Source: Candidatus Dormiibacterota bacterium (lineage in GTDB: Bacteria > Chloroflexota > Dormibacteria > Aeolococcales > Aeolococcaceae). From it: DNA of 58,144 bases. The stretch covers positions 1 to 58,144 of the forward strand of contig DATBCJ010000064.1 of NCBI GenBank assembly GCA_036270565.1, given 5' to 3'. Shown here in pieces: positions 32,692 to 42,345 of the stretch (positions within the stretch are counted from its first letter, which is position 1; each line of letters begins with the position of its first letter). Position numbers and translations under genes: made by a program. Below the pieces are notes generated by a model. It had not been told where the DNA came from. It worked only from the letters and a program-made list of their open reading frames with translations, and did no database searches.

Positions 32692-34616
32692 GCGCCGGCT
32701 TCGAGCGCGTCGACGGCTACCTGCCGATCGCCGCCTACGGCCTGATCGGCGACTGTCGGAGCGCGGCGCTGGTCGGTGCGGACGGCAGCGTCGACTGGTT
32801 GTGCCTGCCTCGATTCGACAACCCGTCCATCTTCGGCCGCGTCGTCGACGCACGTCGCGGAGGGTACTGGCAGGTGTCCCCGGTCGACGAGCACCGCGCT
32901 CAGCAGCGCTACCGCGACCACAGCAACATACTCGAGACCCTGTTCGCCACCGCCGGCGGCACGGCGGTGGTCACCGACTTCATGCCCATCGATGAGGACA
33001 CCGCCGCCCAGCACGCCAGCCTGCACCGCGACCCGCGGGTGGTCCGCATCATCGAATGCCTGGCCGGCTCGATCACCCTTCGCCATCAGTTCAAGCCGGC
33101 GCCCGAGTACGCGCTGGGGGCGAGCCGTTTCGTCCCCGAGGGATGGCTGCTGCACGGCGACACCACCGCTCTCCACCTCTGTCTGCAGTCATCCGTGGAG
33201 CTGAGCTCAGCCACAACCCGCTGGCGGATGAGGGCCGGGGACGTCATCGCGCTGGCCCTGCGCAGCGACCACCCCGGCCGCTGCGCGAATGCTCGCAGGC
33301 CGTGGAGCGTGGAGCAGGCGCGCGCGCTGGCGAGGTCCACGCAGGAGTTCTGGTGGCGATGGATCGACAGGTGCACGTACCGGGGACCCTTCCGCTACCC
33401 CGTGGTGCGCGCGGCGTTGTGCCTCAAGCTGATGACCTACGCGCCCACGGGCGCAATGGTCGCGGCGCCGACCACGAGCCTGCCCGAGCGGATCGGCGGG
33501 CCGCGCAACTGGGACTACCGGTTCACCTGGCTGCGCGACGCTTCGTTCACGCTCTTCGCCTTCTTCCAGGTGGGCATGATCGACGAGGCCAACGCGTTCT
33601 TTGCGTGGCTGGTGCGCATCGGCCTGGGCCGCGGCGGCCGCGACGTGGCCAACCTCTACACGCTCGACGGCGACGACTGCGCTGACGAGACGGAGCTGAC
33701 CCACCTCAGCGGGTATCGCGGCTCGCGGCCGGTGCGCGTCGGCAACGGAGCGATCCACCAGCTGCAGCTCGACATCTACGGCGAGCTGCTCGACAGCGCG
33801 TACCTCTACGCACGCTTCGGCGGGGGGATCAGCCGCACGCTCTGGCACGAGCTGCACGCGGCGGTGGACCTCGCCATCGACCGATGGCAGCTCCCCGACG
33901 CCTCCATCTGGGAGACGCGCGGCGCGAACCAGCACTACACCTACAGCAAGATGATGTGCTGGGTCGCGGTGGACCGCGGGCTGCGCATCGCCGAGCGGTT
34001 CAAGCTGCCCCACAACTCCTCGCGGTGGCGGGCGGCCCGCCGCGACATCCATCGCACGGTCACCTCGCGTGGCTACTCGTCACGGTTGGGCAGCTTCACC
34101 CAGACGCTCGACGGCGAGCACCTCGATGCGGCCATGCTCCGCCTCACCCAGGTGCGGTTCCTGCGTCGCACCGATCCGCGCCAGCTCAGCACCATCCAGG
34201 CGGTTGCCCGTGAGCTCGGCAACGGTGTCCTGGTGCATCGCTACGACGCCGACCAGACCGACGACGGGCTGCCCGGCGACGAGGGCGCCTTCCTGATGTG
34301 CTCGTTCTGGCTGGCCGACGCGCTCGCCCACGCCGGCCGCATCGAGGACGCGCAACGATGGTTCGAGAAGCTGCTCGCCTTCGCCTCTCCGCTGGGTCTG
34401 TACTCGGAGGAGGCGGACACCCGCACCGGTGCGCTGCTCGGCAACTTCCCCCAGGCCTTCACCCACCTGGCGCTGATCGGCGCCGCGGTCAACATCGAGC
34501 GTGCCCGGCACCGCCGCCTCGGCGTCCGCGGTCTGCGCCGCCCCGAGGTGGCCTCCGCGCCTCCGACACGAGGCGGGCACGCGGCCGGAAGGAGGCCCGG
34601 CGCCGGCGCTGCATAA
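32688..34616 (+). CDS. Glycoside hydrolase family 15 protein (glucoamylase/trehalase-like)
   Basis: N-terminal YGLIGDCRSAALVGADGSVDWLCLPRFDNPSIFG, catalytic region NWDYRFTWLRDASF, and an (alpha/alpha)6 C-terminus with GNFPQAFTHLALI. Confidence 0.85.
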   Translation: MSAGFERVDGYLPIAAYGLIGDCRSAALVGADGSVDWLCLPRFDNPSIFGRVVDARRGGYWQVSPVDEHRAQQRYRDHSNILETLFATAGGTAVVTDFMPIDEDTAAQHASLHRDPRVVRIIECLAGSITLRHQFKPAPEYALGASRFVPEGWLLHGDTTALHLCLQSSVELSSATTRWRMRAGDVIALALRSDHPGRCANARRPWSVEQARALARSTQEFWWRWIDRCTYRGPFRYPVVRAALCLKLMTYAPTGAMVAAPTTSLPERIGGPRNWDYRFTWLRDASFTLFAFFQVGMIDEANAFFAWLVRIGLGRGGRDVANLYTLDGDDCADETELTHLSGYRGSRPVRVGNGAIHQLQLDIYGELLDSAYLYARFGGGISRTLWHELHAAVDLAIDRWQLPDASIWETRGANQHYTYSKMMCWVAVDRGLRIAERFKLPHNSSRWRAARRDIHRTVTSRGYSSRLGSFTQTLDGEHLDAAMLRLTQVRFLRRTDPRQLSTIQAVARELGNGVLVHRYDADQTDDGLPGDEGAFLMCSFWLADALAHAGRIEDAQRWFEKLLAFASPLGLYSEEADTRTGALLGNFPQAFTHLALIGAAVNIERARHRRLGVRGLRRPEVASAPPTRGGHAAGRRPGAGAA

Positions 34617-34625
34617 ATATGCAAG
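34608..34625 (+). promoter_or_regulatory. ARG box (ArgR operator) in front of argC
   Basis: GCTGCATAAATATGCAAG contains TGCATA-AA-TATGCA (perfect 6-bp arms) and fits the TGNAT-WWWW-ATNCA ARG-box pattern. It ends 20 nt before the argC GTG, overlaps the GH15 stop codon, and is followed by a TACACT -10-like hexamer. Confidence 0.7.
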
Positions 34626-34644
34626 CCGGGGCTACACTGGGCCC

Positions 34645-35670
34645 GTGTCCGCTTCCCCTCCCGTGCGTGCCGCTGTGGCCGGGTGCACCGGTTACATCGG
34701 CATGCAGTGCGTGGAGCTGCTCGCCGCTCATCCCGGCGTCGAGCTGGTCGGCGTGCTGGGGCGAAGCTGGGCGGGGCGCCGTTTCAGCGAGGCCGTGCCG
34801 GGCAGCGCCGTCGACCTGGTGGTCGGCGACGGCCTCGATGTCGACGGCGTCGACGTCATCGTTTCCGCGCTGCCCCACACGGTCGCCGCGGGCCACGCCC
34901 AGCGATGGCTCGACCGCGGGGCGGTGGTGGTCGACCTGAGCGCCGATTTCCGGCTCGCCGATGCGGCGGACTACGAGCGCTGGTACGGCGTCGCCCATCC
35001 CGCGCCGGGGCTGTGTGCGCTGGCCGCGTACGGGCTGGTCGAGATGGAGCGCGACCGCCTGCGCGGAGCCGACCTGATCGCCGCGCCGGGGTGCTATCCG
35101 ACCGCCGCCCTGCTCGGCACCCTGCCTGCGCTGCGCGCCGGCGTGGTGCACCCGCGGGTGATCGTCGACGCCAAGAGCGGGGTCAGCGGCGCGGGGCGTT
35201 CTCCATCGCCCACCCTGCACTACGCCGAGGCCAACGAGTCGGTGCGCGCGTACGGGGTTGCCGGACACCGTCACTCCAGCGAGATGCTGTCCCGGATGCG
35301 CCGAGCCACCGACGGCGACGTTGCGCTGACCTTCGTCCCCCACCTGGTGCCGATGACGCGCGGCCTCCTGGCCACCGTCTACCTGCAACCACGCGAGGGC
35401 GTTCACCCGTCCGCCATCCCCTCTGTGTTCCGTGAGTTCGCCGCCGCCGAGGCATTCGTGCGCTACGACGAATCGCCGCCGTCGACGAAGAGCGTGACCG
35501 GGACCAACGTCGCCGCCATCAACTGCACGGTGCAGGGCGACACCGTGGTGGTCACGGTCGCCATCGACAACCTCGTCAAGGGCGCTGCGGGGCAGGCCGT
35601 TCAGGCGATGAACGTGCGCTTCGGTCAGCCCGAGGCGGCCGGGCTGCGGGTGAGCTCGACGTGGCCGTGA
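34645..35670 (+). CDS. argC: N-acetyl-gamma-glutamyl-phosphate reductase
   Basis: AVAGCTGYIGMQCVELL (NAD-binding) and active-site context APGCYPTA. Start placed at GTG 34645. Confidence 0.92.
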   Translation: MSASPPVRAAVAGCTGYIGMQCVELLAAHPGVELVGVLGRSWAGRRFSEAVPGSAVDLVVGDGLDVDGVDVIVSALPHTVAAGHAQRWLDRGAVVVDLSADFRLADAADYERWYGVAHPAPGLCALAAYGLVEMERDRLRGADLIAAPGCYPTAALLGTLPALRAGVVHPRVIVDAKSGVSGAGRSPSPTLHYAEANESVRAYGVAGHRHSSEMLSRMRRATDGDVALTFVPHLVPMTRGLLATVYLQPREGVHPSAIPSVFREFAAAEAFVRYDESPPSTKSVTGTNVAAINCTVQGDTVVVTVAIDNLVKGAAGQAVQAMNVRFGQPEAAGLRVSSTWP

Positions 35671-36893
35671 GCGTGCCCGCGGCCACGGCGCGGAGCGGCG
35701 TCTGCGCGCCCCTGGGTTTCCGCGCCGGCACCGCGGCGGCCGGGATTCGCGGCGACGATGACACCACCAGGCTCGACGTCGCTGTGCTCGCCAGCGACCT
35801 TCCCTGCACCGCCGCGGGCGTGTTCACGCGCAACCTCGTCAAGGCGGCCCCGGTGGTGATCAGCCAGCTCACGCTGCGGCGGCACGGAGCCATCCGGGCG
35901 GTGGTCACCAACAGCGGTAACGCCAACGCCTGCACCGGGCCGCAGGGCTTCAGGGACGCGCTGCGCATGGCCACCACCACCGCCGACTGCTGTGACGCCG
36001 ACCCCTCCGAGGTCTTGGTGTGCAGCACCGGTGTCATCGGCCGGCCCATGCCGATGAGCCGCGTACTCGACGGGGTGCGCACCGCTGCCGCATCGCTGGC
36101 GGCGGACGGCGGTGACGCCGCAGCGCGGGCGATCATGACCACCGACACCGTCGTGAAGACGGCGCTCGCCGTCGCGACCATCGGCGGCCGGCGCTGCACC
36201 GTCGGCGGCATGGCCAAGGGCGCGGGGATGATCCACCCGGACATGGCGACGTTGCTCGCGTTCCTCACCACCGACGCCGCCGTGGAGCGGTCCGCGCTCC
36301 AGGACCTGCTGACGGACGTGTGCACGCGCACCTTCAACTGCCTCAGCATCGACGGTGACACGTCCACCAACGACACCTTGCTGCTGCTGGCCAACGGTGC
36401 GTCAGGTGCGCCGACGGTCGTGGCCGGCACCCCCGAGTACGCGGCCCTGCTCGACGCCGTCGAGCGTGTGTGCACCTCATTGGTCGAACAGCTCGCCGCG
36501 GACGCCGAGGGTGCGACCAAGGCGATCTGCGTGACCGTGCGCGCCGCCGCCGACGAGCAGCAGGCGCGTGCCGCGGCTCGCACGGTCGTGCTCAGCCCGC
36601 TGGTCAAGTCAGCGGTGCACGGCGCGGATCCCAACTGGGGCCGGATCGTGGCGGCGCTGGGCCGTAGCGGAGCAGGCTTCTCGCTCGACCGGTGCCGGGT
36701 GGCCATTGGCGGGGTCGAGGTCTTCGCCGCCGGCCAGCCTGTCCCCGTCGACCTCGACGCCATCCGTGCGGCGTTCTCGCGGCCCCGCATCGACATCGGG
36801 GTCGAGCTCGGCAGCGGTGACGGGCAGGGTCGGGCCTGGGGGTGCGATCTCTCGCCCGAGTACGTCCACATCAACGCCGACTACACGACATGA
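35661..36893 (+). CDS. argJ: Bifunctional ornithine acetyltransferase / N-acetylglutamate synthase
   Basis: ArgJ pattern with the autoproteolytic site context HPDMATLLAFLTTDA. Overlaps the argC stop. Confidence 0.92.
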   Translation: MAVSVPAATARSGVCAPLGFRAGTAAAGIRGDDDTTRLDVAVLASDLPCTAAGVFTRNLVKAAPVVISQLTLRRHGAIRAVVTNSGNANACTGPQGFRDALRMATTTADCCDADPSEVLVCSTGVIGRPMPMSRVLDGVRTAAASLAADGGDAAARAIMTTDTVVKTALAVATIGGRRCTVGGMAKGAGMIHPDMATLLAFLTTDAAVERSALQDLLTDVCTRTFNCLSIDGDTSTNDTLLLLANGASGAPTVVAGTPEYAALLDAVERVCTSLVEQLAADAEGATKAICVTVRAAADEQQARAAARTVVLSPLVKSAVHGADPNWGRIVAALGRSGAGFSLDRCRVAIGGVEVFAAGQPVPVDLDAIRAAFSRPRIDIGVELGSGDGQGRAWGCDLSPEYVHINADYTT

Positions 36894-36903
36894 GGGGCCG
36901 CCC

Positions 36904-37779
36904 GTGACCATCGAGACAATCGACGAGCGAGTCCGCCGCGCCCAGACGCTCATCGAGGCGCTCCCGTACATCCGCCGTTTCAGTGGACACACCCTGGTCA
37001 TCAAGCTCGGTGGTGCCGCCGCCGCGGCTGTCGACCTCGACACCGTGCTCCAGGACGTCGTTCTGCTTCGCTTCGTCGGCATGCGTCCCGTGCTCGTGCA
37101 CGGCGGCGGCCCGGAGATCACCGCGTGGCAGGAGCGGATGGGTATGACACCGCGGTTTGTCGACGGCCTGCGGGTGACCGACGCCGCGACCATGGAGGTG
37201 GTGAAGATGGTGCTCACCGGCAAGGTCGGCCCCGACCTGGTGGCCAGGATCCATCGCCTCGGCGGCAACGCCATCGGACTCTCCGGCGAGGACGGACCGA
37301 CCCTGCTTGTCCGCCCTGCCAAGAACGGTCGTGGCGAGGATCTCGGCATGGTCGGTGAGGTCGACCACGTCAACATCGAGCCCGTGGTATCGATCCTCGA
37401 CCAGGGACGGATCCCCGTCGTCGCCTCGATCGGGCTCGGGTACGACGGTGAGGCGTACAACGTCAACGCCGACGCGGTCGCGGCGGAGCTGGCGGTCGCG
37501 CTCGACGCCACCAAGCTGATCCTGCTCACCGACGTCGACGGGGTGCACGACCGCGATGGGGCGCTCCTCAGCGAGCTCAACGACGACCGCGCCGAGCAGC
37601 TCATCGCCGCCGGGGTGATCGCCGGGGGGATGATCCCCAAGGTCCGCGCCGCGCTGCGCGCGCTCGAGGGCGCCGAGGCTGCGCACATCATCGACGGACG
37701 CGTGCCCCACGCGCTCCTCCTCGAGCTGCTCACCGCTGAGGGTGTGGGCACCATGTTCGCGCACGGCGCCGGCTCGTGA
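36904..37779 (+). CDS. argB: Acetylglutamate kinase
   Basis: ALPYIRRFSGHTLVIKLGGAA, VLVHGGGPEI and NVNADAVAAELAVAL. GTG 36904 lies behind GAGGGG. Confidence 0.92.
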   Translation: MTIETIDERVRRAQTLIEALPYIRRFSGHTLVIKLGGAAAAAVDLDTVLQDVVLLRFVGMRPVLVHGGGPEITAWQERMGMTPRFVDGLRVTDAATMEVVKMVLTGKVGPDLVARIHRLGGNAIGLSGEDGPTLLVRPAKNGRGEDLGMVGEVDHVNIEPVVSILDQGRIPVVASIGLGYDGEAYNVNADAVAAELAVALDATKLILLTDVDGVHDRDGALLSELNDDRAEQLIAAGVIAGGMIPKVRAALRALEGAEAAHIIDGRVPHALLLELLTAEGVGTMFAHGAGS

Positions 37780-38993
37780 GCCAACGCGTGACCGCGCTCG
37801 ACGGCCTGCGCGATCGTGCGGACGGCGCGCTGATGCACACCTACACGCGCCAGCCGCTGGCCATCGAGTCCGGTCACGGCGTCTGGGTCACCGATGGTGA
37901 CGGCCGTGAGCTGATCGACATGGTCGGCGGCATCGCGGTCAACGTGCTCGGTCACGCGCACCCCGCCGTCGTCGGCGCGCTCGCCGAACAGGCGGGCCGG
38001 CTGATCCACACCAGCAACCTGTACTACACAGCACCACAGGTCGAGCTCGCCGAAAGGCTGATTGGCACGGCGTTCGCGGGTCGTGTCTTCCTCTGCAACA
38101 GCGGCGCCGAGGCCAACGAGTGCGCCATCAAGCTGGCGCGCAAATGGGGGCGCCGACATCGCGACGGTGCCACCGGGATCGTCGCGCTGCAGGGTGGCTT
38201 TCATGGCCGAACCATGGGCGCGCTCGCCGCCACCGCCCAGCCGCGCTATCGTGACCCGTTCGAGCCGCTCCCCACGGGGTTTGTGCACGTCCCCGCCGGC
38301 ATCGAGGCGATCGCCGCGGCGCTGGACGACGACGTCGCCGCCGTGCTGCTCGAGCCCATCCAGGGCGAGACGGGTGTCGTTCCGCTGCCCGACGCGCTGC
38401 TCGCTGACGTGCGCGCGCTCTGCGACGAGCGCGGCGCGCTGCTGATGGTCGACGAGGTGCAGAGCGGCATGGGTCGCACCGGCCGCTGGTGGGCGCACCA
38501 GCACGCCGGTATCACCCCCGACGTGATGACCGTCGCCAAGGGCCTCGGCGGTGGCGTGCCCATCGGCGCGGTGCTCGCCGCGCCGGGCGCGGACGTGCTC
38601 GAGCCGGGCGACCACGGGAGCACATTTGGCGGCAGTCCCCTCGCCGCCGCGGTGGCCTGCGCCGTGCTGCGCGCCATCGATGAGGGTGGCCTGGTCGCAC
38701 GGGCCTCTCGCATGGGCGAGTACCTGCGCGAGTCGCTTCTCTCGCTGCGCGCGGACGGGGCGCCGGTTGCCGCGGTCCGCGGGCGCGGACTGATGGTGGG
38801 GCTGGTCCTCGACGAACCGATCGCAGCGCGCACCGGTCGCGCGGCGCTGGACTGCGGGCTGATCGTGAACGCGGTCGGCGACAGCGTCCTGCGGCTGCTC
38901 CCGGCGCTGCTCATCACCGAGGAGGAGGTGGACGAGGCGCTGCGCCGGCTTCGTGAGGCGTTCGCGATCGCGCAGACTGAGGGCGGCGCATGA
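37776..38993 (+). CDS. argD: Acetylornithine aminotransferase
   Basis: Class-III aminotransferase with FLCNSGAEANECAIKLAR, DEVQSGMGRTG and the PLP-lysine context TVAKGLGGG. GTGA overlap with argB. Confidence 0.92.
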   Translation: MSQRVTALDGLRDRADGALMHTYTRQPLAIESGHGVWVTDGDGRELIDMVGGIAVNVLGHAHPAVVGALAEQAGRLIHTSNLYYTAPQVELAERLIGTAFAGRVFLCNSGAEANECAIKLARKWGRRHRDGATGIVALQGGFHGRTMGALAATAQPRYRDPFEPLPTGFVHVPAGIEAIAAALDDDVAAVLLEPIQGETGVVPLPDALLADVRALCDERGALLMVDEVQSGMGRTGRWWAHQHAGITPDVMTVAKGLGGGVPIGAVLAAPGADVLEPGDHGSTFGGSPLAAAVACAVLRAIDEGGLVARASRMGEYLRESLLSLRADGAPVAAVRGRGLMVGLVLDEPIAARTGRAALDCGLIVNAVGDSVLRLLPALLITEEEVDEALRRLREAFAIAQTEGGA

Positions 38994-39490
38994 CCACCAC
39001 CGCCGAACGGGCCGCCGGCGGCGTGACCACCAAGCGGTCGCGCCAGCGAGCCATCCTCGACCTGGTGCGCACGCGCACCATCCGCACCCAGGACGAGCTG
39101 GTGTCGGCGCTGCGTCGCCGTCATCTCGACGTCACCCAGGGAACGGTCAGCAGGGACATCCGCGAGCTTGGGCTGCTGCGCGTCGCCGGCGACGATGGGG
39201 CGCGCTACGTGGTTCCCGGCGCGGAGATCGACGAACGGGGCGCGCGCGTGCGCCTCCACAACGCCCTGCGTGAGCACACCCAGGGCATCGAGTTCATCGA
39301 CCTGCTCGGGGTGGTGCACGCCCAACCGGGCACCGCGTCGCTGGTCGCGGTGGCCCTCGACAATGCACGATTCGACGAGCTCGCCGGGACCATCGCCGGC
39401 GACGACACGGTTCTGCTGGTTGCGCGCTCACGCCCCGCCGCCCAACGACTGATGGCGCGGCTGCGCACCATCATCGAGGAGCCTGCATGA
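38990..39490 (+). CDS. argR: Arginine repressor
   Basis: Winged-helix region IRTQDELVSALRRRHLDVTQGTVSRDIRELGL and C-terminal oligomerisation/arginine-binding region GTIAGDDTVLLV. Confidence 0.9.
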   Translation: MTTTAERAAGGVTTKRSRQRAILDLVRTRTIRTQDELVSALRRRHLDVTQGTVSRDIRELGLLRVAGDDGARYVVPGAEIDERGARVRLHNALREHTQGIEFIDLLGVVHAQPGTASLVAVALDNARFDELAGTIAGDDTVLLVARSRPAAQRLMARLRTIIEEPA

Positions 39491-40737
39491 CCACGCGCCG
39501 GGTCGTGCTCGCGTACAGCGGTGGCCTCGACACCTCCGTTGCGGTGCGCTGGCTCCAGGACCAGCTCCACTACGAGGTCGTGACCCTGACAGCCGACCTC
39601 GGTGGTGAGGGCCGAGACGCGGACACCGTCACCGGGCGCGCCCTGCGCGCCGGCGCGGTCGCCGCGCACGTCGTCGATGCCCGCCGCGTCTTCGTGGAGC
39701 ATTTCGTCTTCCCCACGCTCAGCGCGGGTGCGCTGTATGAGGGCGTGTACCCGCTCGCCACCGCGCTGGCCCGGCCGCTGATCGCCAAGCTCCTGGTCGA
39801 CGTGGCTCGCGAGGAGGGAGCGGTGGCCGTGGCCCACGGCTGCACCGGCAAGGGCAACGACCAGGTCAGGTTTGACGTCGCCACCGCCGCCCTGGCACCC
39901 GAGCTCGAGGTGGTGGCGCCGGTGCGTGACTGGGACATGGGCCGCCCCCAGGAGATCGCGTACGCGGCGGCCCACGGCATCGATGTCGCGGGGACGGCGG
40001 AGTCGGCATACAGCGTCGACGCCAACCTGTGGGGGAGGAGCGTCGAATGTGGGCCGCTCGAGGATCCGTGGGCCGAGCCGCCCCCGGACGTGTACCAGTG
40101 GACCGCGGATCCCGCCACCGCACCGGAGACGGGCGATGAGCTGACCGTGGCGTTCGAGCAGGGCGTGCCGGTGGCGGTCGACGGACGGCGCCATGCGGCT
40201 GAGGACCTCGTGCTGCACCTCAACGAGGTGGCGGGACGGAACGGTGTTGGTCGCATCGACCACGTCGAGAATCGACTGGTTGGCATCAAGTCGCGCGAGG
40301 TCTACGAGGCCCCGGCGGCGACCGTCCTCCACGCCGCGCACGCCGCCCTGGAGACGCTGATGCTGCCGCGCGACGTCGCCCACCTCAAGCGTCAGCTCGG
40401 CAACGAGTGGGCACGCCTGGTCTACGACGGCCTCTGGTTCGGGGCGCTTCGCACCGCGCTCGCCGCCTTCGTCTCCTCGACGCAGGCGCATGTCAGCGGC
40501 GAGGTGCGGCTGCGCTGCCGTCGAGGTCGGGTCAGTGTCACCGGCCGCCGGGCCCCGCGGTCGCTGTACAGCGCCTCGCTGGCGACGTACGACCGTACCG
40601 GCGACACCTTCGACCACGCCGCGGCGCGTGGTTTCATCGAGCTGTTCGGATTGTCGCTGCGCACCGCGGCGAGCGCCCAGGGCGCGCTCGAAGACCTGCA
40701 ACCCCTGTCGCTCCCGCGCCAGGTGCGACGCGCCTGA
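39487..40737 (+). CDS. argG: Argininosuccinate synthase
   Basis: VLAYSGGLDTSV (P-loop-like N-type ATP pyrophosphatase motif) and HGCTGKGNDQVRF. Confidence 0.95.
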   Translation: MTTRRVVLAYSGGLDTSVAVRWLQDQLHYEVVTLTADLGGEGRDADTVTGRALRAGAVAAHVVDARRVFVEHFVFPTLSAGALYEGVYPLATALARPLIAKLLVDVAREEGAVAVAHGCTGKGNDQVRFDVATAALAPELEVVAPVRDWDMGRPQEIAYAAAHGIDVAGTAESAYSVDANLWGRSVECGPLEDPWAEPPPDVYQWTADPATAPETGDELTVAFEQGVPVAVDGRRHAAEDLVLHLNEVAGRNGVGRIDHVENRLVGIKSREVYEAPAATVLHAAHAALETLMLPRDVAHLKRQLGNEWARLVYDGLWFGALRTALAAFVSSTQAHVSGEVRLRCRRGRVSVTGRRAPRSLYSASLATYDRTGDTFDHAAARGFIELFGLSLRTAASAQGALEDLQPLSLPRQVRRA

Positions 40738-42329
40738 TGGCGCGCGGTATCCGGATCGTCGGTGCCGATGCCACCGGCGACGGCGATGTGGTCGACACCG
40801 CGACACCGCCGGTGTCCAATCCGGCGAAGATGTGGTCGGGCCGGCTCGGCTCGCGCACCTCACGCCGTGTCGAGGAATACACGACCAGCATCGCCATTGA
40901 CCGTCGCCTCTACGGGGACGACATCGACGGATCGATCGCGCACCTGCACATGCTCCGCGCCGTGGGGCTGGTCGGCCCGGCGGACGCGCGCGCCATCGAG
41001 GCCGGGCTGCGTGAGGTCCGCCGCGAGTTCGATCGCAACAAGTTCGTCGTTGACGACAGCGACGAAGACATCCACTCCGCCATCGAGCGACGTCTGTTCG
41101 AGATCGCCGGCGAGGTGGCCGGACGGCTGCACACCGGCCGCAGTCGCAATGACCAGGTGGCCACCGACCTGCGCCTGTACTCCAAGAGGGTCATCCGTGA
41201 GCTGATGCTGGCCATCGCGTCCCTGCAGGAGACGCTGCTCCGACGTGCCGAACAGCATCGCGCCACGCTGATGCCCGGGTATACCCACGGACAGAGGGCG
41301 CAGGTGGTGTCGCTCGCCCACCACCTGCTCGCCTACGTCGAGATGCTGCAGCGCGACGTCGGCCGCCTCGAAGACGGCCACGACCGCTGCGACGTGCTGC
41401 CGCTGGGCAGCGGTGCACTGGCCGCGTCCACCCTTCCGCTCGACCGCCGCGCGGTCGCCGAGGAGCTGAACTTCGCGAGCATCACGGCCAACTCGCTGGA
41501 CGCCGTGGCCGACCGCGACTTTGTCGTCGAGGTCACCGCGGCGTGCGCCCTGACCATGGTTCACCTGTCGCGGCTTGCGGAGGAGGTGGTGCTCTGGACG
41601 TCGAGCGAGTACGGCTTCGCCGAGCTGCCGGACAGCCATGCCACCGGTTCATCGCTGATGCCCCAGAAGAAGAATCCCGACGTGCTCGAACTGGTGCGGG
41701 GCCGCACCGCGCGCAGCATCGGCGACCTGACGGCGCAGCTGACGCTGCTCAAAGGCCTGCCACTCGCCTACAACCGCGACCTCCAGGAGGACAAGACGGC
41801 TCTCTTCGACGCCGTGGACACGGCGCTGGCCACGATCGCGGTGGTCACCGACGTGATGCGCGTTGTCCGATTCAACCGGCGCGCCCTGCGAGCCGCGGCG
41901 TCCGACCCAGCGCTGCTCGCAACGGACGTCGCCGAATACCTGGTGGTCAGGGGTATGCCCTTTCGCACCGCCCATCAGCTGGTCGGCGCCGCGGTGCGGC
42001 GCGGCGTGGAGGAGGGCCGCACCATCGCCGACCTGAGCGTCGCCGAGTGGCGGGCGCTGACCGACCTCGCCGGCGACGACATCGTCGAGCTGTTCGACGT
42101 CGATTCGGCCCTGCAGCGTCGCGAGATCGCCGGCGGCCCCGGCCCGCGGACGGTATCGCGGCAGCTGGTTCGCGCCGCCACGCTGGTGGCCAAGACACGC
42201 AGGATCGTCACGGTGCTGGCGCGCCAGCCCGGCGCCGCCAAGGAGGTGGGCGCGGCGGTGCGTCCGCAGCGCACCCAGGGACGCGAGGCTGCCCAGCCGC
42301 GCCGCCGTCCGGGGAAGGCCAGGAGCTGA
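40737..42329 (+). CDS. argH: Argininosuccinate lyase
   Basis: Fumarate-lyase signature GSSLMPQKKNPD and WSGRLGS near the N-terminus. ATG 40737 overlaps the argG stop; ATG 40830 is an alternative. Basic C-terminal extension. Confidence 0.92.
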   Translation: MARGIRIVGADATGDGDVVDTATPPVSNPAKMWSGRLGSRTSRRVEEYTTSIAIDRRLYGDDIDGSIAHLHMLRAVGLVGPADARAIEAGLREVRREFDRNKFVVDDSDEDIHSAIERRLFEIAGEVAGRLHTGRSRNDQVATDLRLYSKRVIRELMLAIASLQETLLRRAEQHRATLMPGYTHGQRAQVVSLAHHLLAYVEMLQRDVGRLEDGHDRCDVLPLGSGALAASTLPLDRRAVAEELNFASITANSLDAVADRDFVVEVTAACALTMVHLSRLAEEVVLWTSSEYGFAELPDSHATGSSLMPQKKNPDVLELVRGRTARSIGDLTAQLTLLKGLPLAYNRDLQEDKTALFDAVDTALATIAVVTDVMRVVRFNRRALRAAASDPALLATDVAEYLVVRGMPFRTAHQLVGAAVRRGVEEGRTIADLSVAEWRALTDLAGDDIVELFDVDSALQRREIAGGPGPRTVSRQLVRAATLVAKTRRIVTVLARQPGAAKEVGAAVRPQRTQGREAAQPRRRPGKARS

Positions 42330-42345
42330 TCGCTATCCTCGACCG

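Noticed and set aside
36609-40863. Minus-strand ORFs of 668 aa and 552 aa over argB, argD and argG
   Set aside because: They are antisense to the arg operon and have Ser/Thr/Arg/Pro low complexity. The plus-strand genes have canonical catalytic motifs and overlapping stop/start junctions.
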